DNA of 64,000 nucleotides from a virus (Duplodnaviria; Caudoviricetes): IMG/VR virus record IMGVR_UViG_3300042997_000909, positions 59,451 to 123,450 of that record; one strand, 5' to 3'. Shown piece by piece: positions 55,716 to 64,000 of this stretch (position 1 is its first letter; each line of letters starts with the position of its first letter). The notes under the pieces were generated by a model. It saw only the letters and a program-made list of their open reading frames with translations, ran no database searches and was not told where the DNA came from. The position numbers and the translations under genes were made by a program.

Positions 55716-58403
55716 ATGGCAAACTTTATTCCAGGAGATAGAAGTCCAGTAGCAGACATAAAACCATGGTCTCCTGACTGGTCATTTTTAGCACAGGTAT
55801 ATGGAGTTACGCAAGCGCGTTATGATAAAGGTTTTGATCAAGTTAAGAATCTTTATAACTCTGTTCTCAATAGTCCTTTGACTAACTCTCAGAATCAACA
55901 GTTCAGGCAGCAAATGTTTGAAAAGATTCAGGGAAGTTTACGCAATGTTTCAGCATTAGATTTGTCTGATCCTACAAACGTAATGCGTGCACAAAGTCTT
56001 TTAGATCCAATTACTGATGACAAAGAATTAGCATATGACATGTATGTTACAAAATATCATGATGGTCAAAAAGGTACTATGAATAATTACAAGAATAGTA
56101 CTGATGCAAAGGTACGTGCGCAATACAGTGACTATTCAAAACTTGATATCATGTTTGCTGAAGATGACTTGAGAAAAGCAAAACGTGGCGATGGTTCAAT
56201 AATGTCAGTGCAACCACGTGACTTCACACCATTTGAAGATGTTAATGAATATCTTTCAGGTGCTGCAAAAGATGCAAAACTTCAAGTAAAATTTGCAAGA
56301 CCTGATGGTAAAGGATACATCATGACATATACTAATGGTAAATATGCTGAGGTTCCATTTAGCAACTGGGCAGCAATGACTATGGGTAATCGTTTTGATA
56401 GACAATTTGGTGTTATTGGACGTGTGACAGCAGAAAATCAAATACGCGATTTAATGGAGCAAGGATATACTCGTCAGCAAGCAACTGCTGACGTTTCAAA
56501 AAAGCTTTCAACTGAATATATCAAATCACAGAAAGAAGATCTTAGCGAAACATCAACAAGTTTAACAGATGTAGAACGCCAAATACAAGTAATGAAAGAC
56601 TTGTATCCTCAAGGAATTCCTGCAGGTAGATCAGATTTAGCTCAAAAATATGATAAACTTCTTCAAACAAGATATGAACTTAACTCATCTAAAACACAGT
56701 ATGATTCTGAGATTAAAAAGGTTGAAGAAGATCCAGAAAATTATACAGCGTCAAATCTTTATAGTATTCTATCATCTCAAGCAAAGAAGAATGCATCTAC
56801 TATTTGGGGTGTTAGTACTGCACAGGCTACTGCAGAAATAGATATTAAACCTGACCAGAAAGTAATATCTGACATGGACAGGTCTGCAGCTAATGCAAGA
56901 CATGCTGCTAGTCTTGCACAATCAGAAAGACATTTTCAACAAAACCAGCAAATGGAATTGCTTAAAATGCAAAAAACAGAAGAGATAGAAATCATGAAAC
57001 TTAAAGCTGATGGTAAATTACCTTCTGAGAATTATGTTGGTGATTTTGTTGGTGCTGCAGGAACTACAGGTGTTGATGTTTTAAAATCTGCAAATAGCAA
57101 GAACAAAACAGAATTGTTTAATAATGCTTTTGGTGCACAAACTGGTCTTATAAATATGGTTCTTCCTAAAAATCAAGATCATGGAAAATACTATGGCGTT
57201 CTTTCCAAACTGCAAGGAATTGCACAAGGTTCAGGTCAACAATTATCTGGAGAAGAATTAGGAACATTAAAAACGTATGGACGTCTTATTGGTTATAATC
57301 AATCTTTAGGTAATGCAAATACAGCAGCAGGTGCTGATGCATTGGTTCAAACGCTTGCTTCTAATACATATACAACAGCAAACAAAGTTTTACAACTATA
57401 TACTGACAATGGTAAATCCTCACAAGGTAGAAAATATGCAGAGTCATTTACTGGTACTATAACATCTATGAAAGGAATTCTTCAAGAACAAAAAGAACTT
57501 GACAAAAGTTATAGACAAATTGCATCTGAAGTTTATGATTATAGAACTGGTAAAATTAAGGATACTTATGCAGGTGCAAAAATCATTTCGCGTTTGGCAG
57601 ATAACACACCAATATTTGACTTATCAGCATTGCCAGAATCTAAACGAACACGTTTGAGTACAGTGGTTGGTTCTGAATTTGAAGGAAGATCAAGACCTGT
57701 TGGTTCAACATATAGCATGACCAAACCTTCTTCAGATGAGTTATATCAATTCTTTAATAAAGGTGATAAAAATATTGTTATAACTAAATCTAATGGAGAA
57801 AAGATTGACGCAGGTGTGATTGGTAATTTACCATACGCAAGTCAAATAAAATTATTTGGTGAATCATTCTTAGCAAGTTATGATGCAAGTGGTAAAAATG
57901 TTTATGTAGACTTGAAAGTCGATCCAGCAAGTGCAGAAGCAAAATCTATGAAATTAGGTGCAGGTGAAACACTTAGAGTAAAATTACCTTATTCTTATGT
58001 ACAGAATTCACCAGCACTTGGACGCATTAGAAAATACATTAGCAATAACTCAATTGTTGCTGACTCATATGGTATCATGGAAAACTTTGCCAGAAATCCA
58101 AATGCAAGAGTTGAAGCTCCATCAAGCATGGTGGCAACAGGTTTTGATTGGACAGCATCAGGTGTTAGAAACGCAAGTGGTCAATATGGTGTTAACTTAG
58201 ACTTTACAATGCTTAATCCTCAAAAAGGAATAAGAGAAAATACACAAAGATTCTTTCAAGTTGATCCTAACGATCCACAACAATTTATGCAATTATCTGA
58301 GATGATAAATGCTACTTGGACAAATTATCAAAATGCAACAGGTATTTGGGAGTCTCAGTTTGATGAACAAGAATTAATGGCATATCCAGAAATAGATAAC
58401 TAA
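55716..58403 (+). CDS. virion ejection/cargo protein
   Basis: 895 aa; PWSPDWSFL....Q.RYD.G start typical of crAss-like internal proteins; coiled coils. Confidence 0.7.
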   Translation: MANFIPGDRSPVADIKPWSPDWSFLAQVYGVTQARYDKGFDQVKNLYNSVLNSPLTNSQNQQFRQQMFEKIQGSLRNVSALDLSDPTNVMRAQSLLDPITDDKELAYDMYVTKYHDGQKGTMNNYKNSTDAKVRAQYSDYSKLDIMFAEDDLRKAKRGDGSIMSVQPRDFTPFEDVNEYLSGAAKDAKLQVKFARPDGKGYIMTYTNGKYAEVPFSNWAAMTMGNRFDRQFGVIGRVTAENQIRDLMEQGYTRQQATADVSKKLSTEYIKSQKEDLSETSTSLTDVERQIQVMKDLYPQGIPAGRSDLAQKYDKLLQTRYELNSSKTQYDSEIKKVEEDPENYTASNLYSILSSQAKKNASTIWGVSTAQATAEIDIKPDQKVISDMDRSAANARHAASLAQSERHFQQNQQMELLKMQKTEEIEIMKLKADGKLPSENYVGDFVGAAGTTGVDVLKSANSKNKTELFNNAFGAQTGLINMVLPKNQDHGKYYGVLSKLQGIAQGSGQQLSGEELGTLKTYGRLIGYNQSLGNANTAAGADALVQTLASNTYTTANKVLQLYTDNGKSSQGRKYAESFTGTITSMKGILQEQKELDKSYRQIASEVYDYRTGKIKDTYAGAKIISRLADNTPIFDLSALPESKRTRLSTVVGSEFEGRSRPVGSTYSMTKPSSDELYQFFNKGDKNIVITKSNGEKIDAGVIGNLPYASQIKLFGESFLASYDASGKNVYVDLKVDPASAEAKSMKLGAGETLRVKLPYSYVQNSPALGRIRKYISNNSIVADSYGIMENFARNPNARVEAPSSMVATGFDWTASGVRNASGQYGVNLDFTMLNPQKGIRENTQRFFQVDPNDPQQFMQLSEMINATWTNYQNATGIWESQFDEQELMAYPEIDN

Positions 58404-61400
58404 TGGCAGAAGAACTAGATATGGGAATGGAACAAGCAGCAGAAATGGCTGCAAATGTTTCAACAGCAGATATAGCACAAGACTTAAATGTTGATGCGCA
58501 ATTAGAATTGGATGCTGCAGCATTGCAAGCACAAAATGATACGCCTCAATCTTTTGATATTAATAGTATTGTGCCAGGCGGTCCTGGTGGTCCAGGTGGA
58601 GGATTTGGACAACCATCTGCTCCTGCAAAACCAAATCTTTCTGGTAAAACAAATATGCCAAGTGATTTTATGAATGCAATGGATCAAGTAATAGATTCAA
58701 ATGCAAATGAAATCTTTGTAGAAAGACATGCTCCAAAAACATTACAAGAAAAAATTAATCCTGTTGTAGGTCCAAAAACACGTTACGCAGGAAAAGATCT
58801 TGACATGTTTAGATATCAAGATGACTTTGATCCTCAAGGATTTAACTACTTCAATCCTGAAAAAGCTAAAGGATATATAGAAACAGAAACTTGGGGTTCA
58901 GCTTTAAGTAAAGGTTTTGACAGTTTTGCTACAAGATTTGGTAACACATTTACAGACAGTTTTGCATCATATGGAAGAATGTTTGATGCTGTTGTAAATG
59001 CAGACTGGGATAAACTTAGATCCACAGAAGGTGAAATGCTTGACGCAAACTTTGAGGAATACAAAGAGTCAATGAAGAACTATGTGTTTGTTCCACCTGA
59101 AGAAGAAGATGATATTTGGAGTAAACGTTCTGCGTCTGAATTTATAGGTAATGCTGGATTTGCATTAGGAACCTTTGCAGCACTTGGTGTTGAATTGGTA
59201 GGTGATGCAATACTTACAGCAGTAACTGGAGGTGGTGGTGCTGTTTCATTTGGTGCAACTGCAGCTCGCGTTGGAGGTAGAGAAGCAGTTATGGCTGGTA
59301 CTCGTGCTGCTGCAAAAGGTGGTCTGAGATCAACAGTTAAAGGTGCAGCATTTAAGTTTACAGACTTTGTTGCAGATATGGGTAAAGGTGCGTTCCACAT
59401 GGCTAACGAATCTACTGAAGCATTATCTGCAGCAGGTAAAGTCACAAACCAGGCAAATCAAGCACGTAGAGTAGCGAATGCTGGTAAGATTGGTTCTGAT
59501 GCACTTAGACAATCTATGAAAGAAGTCTTTGATATTTATACGCTAAACATGCGAAATATTATCAAGTCAAAATCATTTACACAGCTTGCTGGTAACATAG
59601 CAAAAGGTACACCTATTTTAGGTACAGGTATTCGTTATGGTGAAAAAGTTGCAGCAGGTGCAAAAGGTGGATTAAGTGCTGGTAAACTTGCAGGTATTGG
59701 ATTGATGGGAACGAGACGCATGGTTCAAGAGTTTAACATGTCTTCTACTGAGGCAAACTTTGAAGCTATTACTGCGTATGGTTCAACACTAGACATGATG
59801 GTTGAGCAATATCGCTCTGACCATGACGGTGAAAATCCTCCATCTATTGAATTTGCTAAAATGAAAGAGTTAGCAATGAAGTCTTCTGGGGCATCTTACA
59901 ATACAAACTTAGGAATCTTACTTCTGACAAACAGGTTACAGTTTGGTTCTTTGTTTAATCGCTTTGCAGGTGCTAACAAATGGACAAAAGAATTGATACA
60001 AGAAGGTGCTGAAAACACACTTGGTGTAAATAGAATGTGGAAATCTAGCAAGTTGCTTGGTAAAACATATGAAAAAGGATTCTTTGGTACATATGGATTA
60101 CTTGGAAAAGTATCCAAAGACTTTGGAAGAAAGCAAGCTCTTTATGAGTTTGGAAAACAGTTCTCAAAAGACGCTTTACGTTTTGAAGTAACAGAAGGTC
60201 TTCAGGAAAATTTACAAGAGATGACTGGTTCTGCCTGGAAGCATTATTATGCTGGGCAATACAATGGAACCAAATATACATTAGGTCAAGCATTTGACAA
60301 AGGTCTTGATGAGCAATTTACAAAACAAGGTCTAAGAACATTCTTACAAGGAGCATTAACAGGTTCAATGATTCGCCCTGTTACACATACTGTAGGTAAA
60401 CTCACAAATTATATTCAACAAAAAGGAATGGAGAATGCATATAAGGACAATCCAGCAGAGAATCCTTATGTGAAAATGAAAAAGCAACTCGAAAAAGATA
60501 TTAGTCTTCAGAATGACATAATGGCTCAAATGTCAAATAAGAAATTAGAAGACAATATTGTAAGTTTTACAAATCAGGTTGATGCGTCATTATCTCAAAC
60601 AGAAGCTGCAGCAAAAGGTCTTCAGTATGAATGGCAAAATGGACAAGATAACTCTGTGTTATCTGGTGCGTTAGCAGCAAATCGTACTGGTAGCATTGCA
60701 GTGTATAGACAAGCAATTCGTGAGATGGGGAAAACCATGACAAATGAAGAGTTTGAAGCAGCTACTGGTGTTAAGCTTGAAGATACAAAATATGATACTG
60801 CTGCTGATTTTACAAATGCCATGGCCAAAGATGTTCAGAAATATTCTGACACTGTAGATGGCATACGTAAAAAAGTACAAAATCTTCCAGATCCTCTTAT
60901 GTATGAGAAGGGTTCTAAGGAAAGACTTGTTGCCACAATCATGCATAATAGTCAAGAAGAGGCAATTAGAATTATTGCTCTTAATGCATTAAAAGGTGCG
61001 CGTGCAGCTGAGCGTGCAAAAAAATTAAGTCAAGAACTTTTACAGATACCTTCATTTGCAGGTTCATCAGAATATGCATTACGTGTTTTGACAAATCCTG
61101 ATTTGTTTAAAGGTGAAACTGGTAACATGCTGGCTGAAATTAAAATGCTTGAAGAAAGTCTTGATGTTTTAGAAGGAGAACAAAAAACTCAAGTAAAACA
61201 AAAGATTCAAGATAAAAAGCGTTTAGTTGAAGTATACAACAAGTGGTTAGGGTTTTGGGAAGATAATACTCAGATTCTTGTAAGAGAAGATTCAGAAACT
61301 GGTGAGCGTGGTGAATCACGTGAAAAAGTACTTGACACTTTTGTGGGTGTACCAATTACAGTTGATGAATATGATGAAGACAGAAATCTTATACAAAAAG

Positions 61401-63517
61401 ATTCTACAGTTTACTCATTAGATCATAAAGATATGGTTGAAACCTTCAGAGAATTTATGTACCTGAAGAATAAAGAAATGGGCAACACTGCCATGATATC
61501 AGAAGAAGATCTTAGAGACGCTTTTGACAAGATTGTTGACTTTATCAGACTTGACAAAGATGCCAAAGATTATATGCGCGCCATGGATCTAATGTATAAT
61601 CCAGAATACTATCGTGCAGTTGTAGGTAATATTCAAGATGGTAGATTCAAATATGAAATTCTTGAGTTTGTTGAAGCTGTTAATGGAAGAATTGAACAAG
61701 CAATAGCATATACTGTTCTAAACTCTGATATTGATATGTTTGCAAAAATGGAACTCTTTGAAAAATTAAATGAAGAGGTTCAAAAAACTATCACAAACAG
61801 TGAGTACTACAAGAATCTTGTACTTATAAGTATTGATGAAAAGCTTGGTATAAATAGTGCAAAGTTTGCACAAGACAATGTTGCAAAATTAAACACTCTT
61901 ATACAAGATAAGATAGCAGAAATACTTGACAAGTATGCGCCTAATGTTATGTCCAATGAAGTTTCAGATGAAGACTATGAGGCATTCTTGAAAACTAAGA
62001 AAGCATCTGGTCTTTTAAAAACTATCATTGCAAGAAAACTTGCTACTGAAAATACACTTACTGATAAACAATCAGAAGTTTATGAAGCATTTAAAGATGA
62101 GATTGATGCAATAGTTGAAAGATTAAATGCTGGTAATGACTTAGAGGGTGTTGCTGATTCTACACGTGTAGGTCAAGCAAAAGAAGCACTTGTTAATACT
62201 GGTGAATTTGACATGGCTGGATTGGATGCAATGTCAGATGATGATGTGTTAAAACTTGCACTTGACAGAAATTTAATTACAGCAGAGGAAGTTGTAGAGC
62301 AGTATAATGGAAACATTGCTGAGGTAATTTCTGATGAAGTATACAATGAATTCAAAGCATCAAACACTGTAGATGACTCTATACTTGAGGCTATAGCAAG
62401 ACGTGATCTTGAAGGCATTGAGTTAACAGAAAGAGAAAAGGAAATCATGCAGGCATATGCATCTGATATAACTGATATTCAGAATATTATTGAGGATGAA
62501 CTTGCAAGAGATGAAGAAGAAAACGCACCTACTGTAGAATCTGAACCACAAGAAACTGTTCCAGAAATAGTAGAAGGAGAGGAAGATGAAAATGGAAAAC
62601 CTATTGATCCACTTGAGGGTTCTAACTTGATGTCAAAAGATGAAGAGCAAATTCAAAATCTTTTACAAGGATTAAAACCAGGTGAGGAAGTAGATGAAAC
62701 AAAAGAACCTTTTGAAGTAACAGGTGAAACTGAAAGTGGCTTTAACGTAAATTCACGCGATGGTCTTACTGTAAACTCTGAACCAATAGAAACAGAAGAG
62801 GAAGCAATTACCTTAGCAGAAGGATTAAACAATACGCGTACAGATATTGACTGGGCTACTGTATTTTTAGGAAACTTGTCAGAAGATGATGATGCAAAAC
62901 TCAAAGTTTCCAAGATGGTTAAAAGTGGTAAAGCATCACTTACTGCATATAACAAGAAGAACGAAACAGATATCAAAACGCTTGAGGAGTACTCAAAAAT
63001 TCCTGATGGTAAAAGAAATCTTGATGATATAAAAGAAGCAATTCTTACAGATAAACCTCTTTCTCAGATAAAAGCTAAACGTAAAAAGTTAGAAAAACAA
63101 GAGACAGAGCAAATTGATTTGTTTGAGGATACAACTTCAGGTTTTGTTGGAGGTCCAGCATTACCACTTCAGTCTGTTCAAGATTTGTTTGATAGACTTG
63201 AGGGTGTAACTACAACTTCTGTTTCTAACACACAAGCTATAGAAAATGAACTAGAAGAATTAGAAAAGCGATTAGAAATATCTAAAGCAACAACTCCAGT
63301 AAATGAGACAGTTAAAAGAAGCGTGGCTTCTTGGGAAAAACAAATAGCTGAAAAAAAAGCAGAACTATCTGCTGCCAGATTAGCTGCAATTAATGAAGCA
63401 TCAGCAAAAGTTGCTCAGGCTATGTCGCAAAAAAATAGTAAATTTGTTAGTGAGGAGCAAGTAACTGAAGATACAGTTCTTGATCAATTGAGAAAGATAA
63501 ATTCTTGTTTTAAATAA
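58403..63517 (+). CDS. giant ejection protein with membrane-type helices
   Basis: 1704 aa; G/A-rich hydrophobic segments (GFALGTFAALG..., EANFEA, TEGLQENLQE, FLQGALTG); acidic C-terminal half. Confidence 0.7.
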   Translation: MAEELDMGMEQAAEMAANVSTADIAQDLNVDAQLELDAAALQAQNDTPQSFDINSIVPGGPGGPGGGFGQPSAPAKPNLSGKTNMPSDFMNAMDQVIDSNANEIFVERHAPKTLQEKINPVVGPKTRYAGKDLDMFRYQDDFDPQGFNYFNPEKAKGYIETETWGSALSKGFDSFATRFGNTFTDSFASYGRMFDAVVNADWDKLRSTEGEMLDANFEEYKESMKNYVFVPPEEEDDIWSKRSASEFIGNAGFALGTFAALGVELVGDAILTAVTGGGGAVSFGATAARVGGREAVMAGTRAAAKGGLRSTVKGAAFKFTDFVADMGKGAFHMANESTEALSAAGKVTNQANQARRVANAGKIGSDALRQSMKEVFDIYTLNMRNIIKSKSFTQLAGNIAKGTPILGTGIRYGEKVAAGAKGGLSAGKLAGIGLMGTRRMVQEFNMSSTEANFEAITAYGSTLDMMVEQYRSDHDGENPPSIEFAKMKELAMKSSGASYNTNLGILLLTNRLQFGSLFNRFAGANKWTKELIQEGAENTLGVNRMWKSSKLLGKTYEKGFFGTYGLLGKVSKDFGRKQALYEFGKQFSKDALRFEVTEGLQENLQEMTGSAWKHYYAGQYNGTKYTLGQAFDKGLDEQFTKQGLRTFLQGALTGSMIRPVTHTVGKLTNYIQQKGMENAYKDNPAENPYVKMKKQLEKDISLQNDIMAQMSNKKLEDNIVSFTNQVDASLSQTEAAAKGLQYEWQNGQDNSVLSGALAANRTGSIAVYRQAIREMGKTMTNEEFEAATGVKLEDTKYDTAADFTNAMAKDVQKYSDTVDGIRKKVQNLPDPLMYEKGSKERLVATIMHNSQEEAIRIIALNALKGARAAERAKKLSQELLQIPSFAGSSEYALRVLTNPDLFKGETGNMLAEIKMLEESLDVLEGEQKTQVKQKIQDKKRLVEVYNKWLGFWEDNTQILVREDSETGERGESREKVLDTFVGVPITVDEYDEDRNLIQKDSTVYSLDHKDMVETFREFMYLKNKEMGNTAMISEEDLRDAFDKIVDFIRLDKDAKDYMRAMDLMYNPEYYRAVVGNIQDGRFKYEILEFVEAVNGRIEQAIAYTVLNSDIDMFAKMELFEKLNEEVQKTITNSEYYKNLVLISIDEKLGINSAKFAQDNVAKLNTLIQDKIAEILDKYAPNVMSNEVSDEDYEAFLKTKKASGLLKTIIARKLATENTLTDKQSEVYEAFKDEIDAIVERLNAGNDLEGVADSTRVGQAKEALVNTGEFDMAGLDAMSDDDVLKLALDRNLITAEEVVEQYNGNIAEVISDEVYNEFKASNTVDDSILEAIARRDLEGIELTEREKEIMQAYASDITDIQNIIEDELARDEEENAPTVESEPQETVPEIVEGEEDENGKPIDPLEGSNLMSKDEEQIQNLLQGLKPGEEVDETKEPFEVTGETESGFNVNSRDGLTVNSEPIETEEEAITLAEGLNNTRTDIDWATVFLGNLSEDDDAKLKVSKMVKSGKASLTAYNKKNETDIKTLEEYSKIPDGKRNLDDIKEAILTDKPLSQIKAKRKKLEKQETEQIDLFEDTTSGFVGGPALPLQSVQDLFDRLEGVTTTSVSNTQAIENELEELEKRLEISKATTPVNETVKRSVASWEKQIAEKKAELSAARLAAINEASAKVAQAMSQKNSKFVSEEQVTEDTVLDQLRKINSCFK

Positions 63518-63528
63518 ATTCTTGAGAA

Positions 63529-64000
63529 ATGGGATGTACGTTAACTACTGAACAATATATACCTGTAGTAGAAAACCTTATTAAGTTAAATTCAGATATA
63601 TACAAAAACTTTGACAACGCTGCAAAATTTATATTGCAAGCTGACTTGACAGATGAGCAGAAGAAATTAGCTCTGCACAATATGGCCCATATTTACAATG
63701 GGCTTTCTGGTTTAGATAGTGCAAAGTACAACATTGGAAAAGGTGTTGACATCATCAATCTTGTTACAGATATTGATAACACTGAAAACTACTTGAAGAA
63801 TGCATTTGTAATCTTTGAAGTTAAGAAGCCACGTCTTCAATCATTTGAGGGTATCTCAAAAGAAATAGACAAACTTGCAAAGCAATCATTGATTACTCCA
63901 CAAGATTTGACTCAGACTTTGTCATTGTTAAAAAACTATGTTGCTACTCATAAGTTTGCAAGCATAGATGATAAGACTGACTCAATTAACCAAATACGTG
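63529..64000 (+). CDS. 5' part of a further large protein, truncated by the window
   Basis: ATG at 63529 (MGCTLTTEQYIPVV...) open to the end; in crAss-like phages this block includes virion RNAP subunits. Confidence 0.7.
   Translation, partial: MGCTLTTEQYIPVVENLIKLNSDIYKNFDNAAKFILQADLTDEQKKLALHNMAHIYNGLSGLDSAKYNIGKGVDIINLVTDIDNTENYLKNAFVIFEVKKPRLQSFEGISKEIDKLAKQSLITPQDLTQTLSLLKNYVATHKFASIDDKTDSINQIR

Larger units (their letters stand above)
1..64000. other. crAss-like (Crassvirales-related) phage genome segment
   Basis: Order nuclease-TerL-portal-scaffold-MCP-rings-muzzle-giant cargo proteins; no sheath or tape measure; no host housekeeping genes, no integrase. Confidence 0.85.

Noticed and set aside
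12713-62976. Numerous minus-strand ORFs within the late region
   Set aside because: Antisense shadows of long plus-strand genes with no recognisable motifs
14035-64000. Stop-codon reassignment (TAG/TGA) as in some crAss-like phages
   Set aside because: Long structural ORFs are intact in code 11, and TAG/TGA act as real stops (portal, muzzle) with the next genes abutting

Overview
The window is part of a large, AT-rich, podovirus-type dsDNA phage genome with crAss-like (Crassvirales-type) gene order. The host is probably Bacteroidota, judged from TAnnTTTG promoter boxes, A-rich SD-less start contexts, an SPI 'ADA-Q' protein and a FISUMP domain. Positions 1-9.5 kb hold small minus-strand accessory/early genes, two paralogous SSB-like genes, a ~1.1 kb ORF-free structured region (GOLLD-like giant ncRNA candidate) and three copies of a 25-bp non-host promoter-like repeat. 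A divergent promoter at ~9.5 kb starts the plus-strand block: GroES-like, putative anti-defence/nucleotide genes, HU-like, PD-(D/E)XK nuclease, TerL, portal, scaffold, major capsid, ring proteins, Cys-rich fibres, muzzle, then giant virion cargo/ejection proteins running off the right end. The most striking pattern is at 39.9-55.7 kb. Five consecutive cargo ORFs are punctuated by more than 20 xxxGG motifs that fall at domain boundaries and are often followed by a CPxG[YF]...C mini-module. The segments they delimit include an NlpC/P60-like peptidase, an outer-membrane-like beta-barrel, zincins and small basic modules, which suggests Gly-Gly-processed effector polyproteins. All family assignments come from motif recognition by eye; no searches were run.
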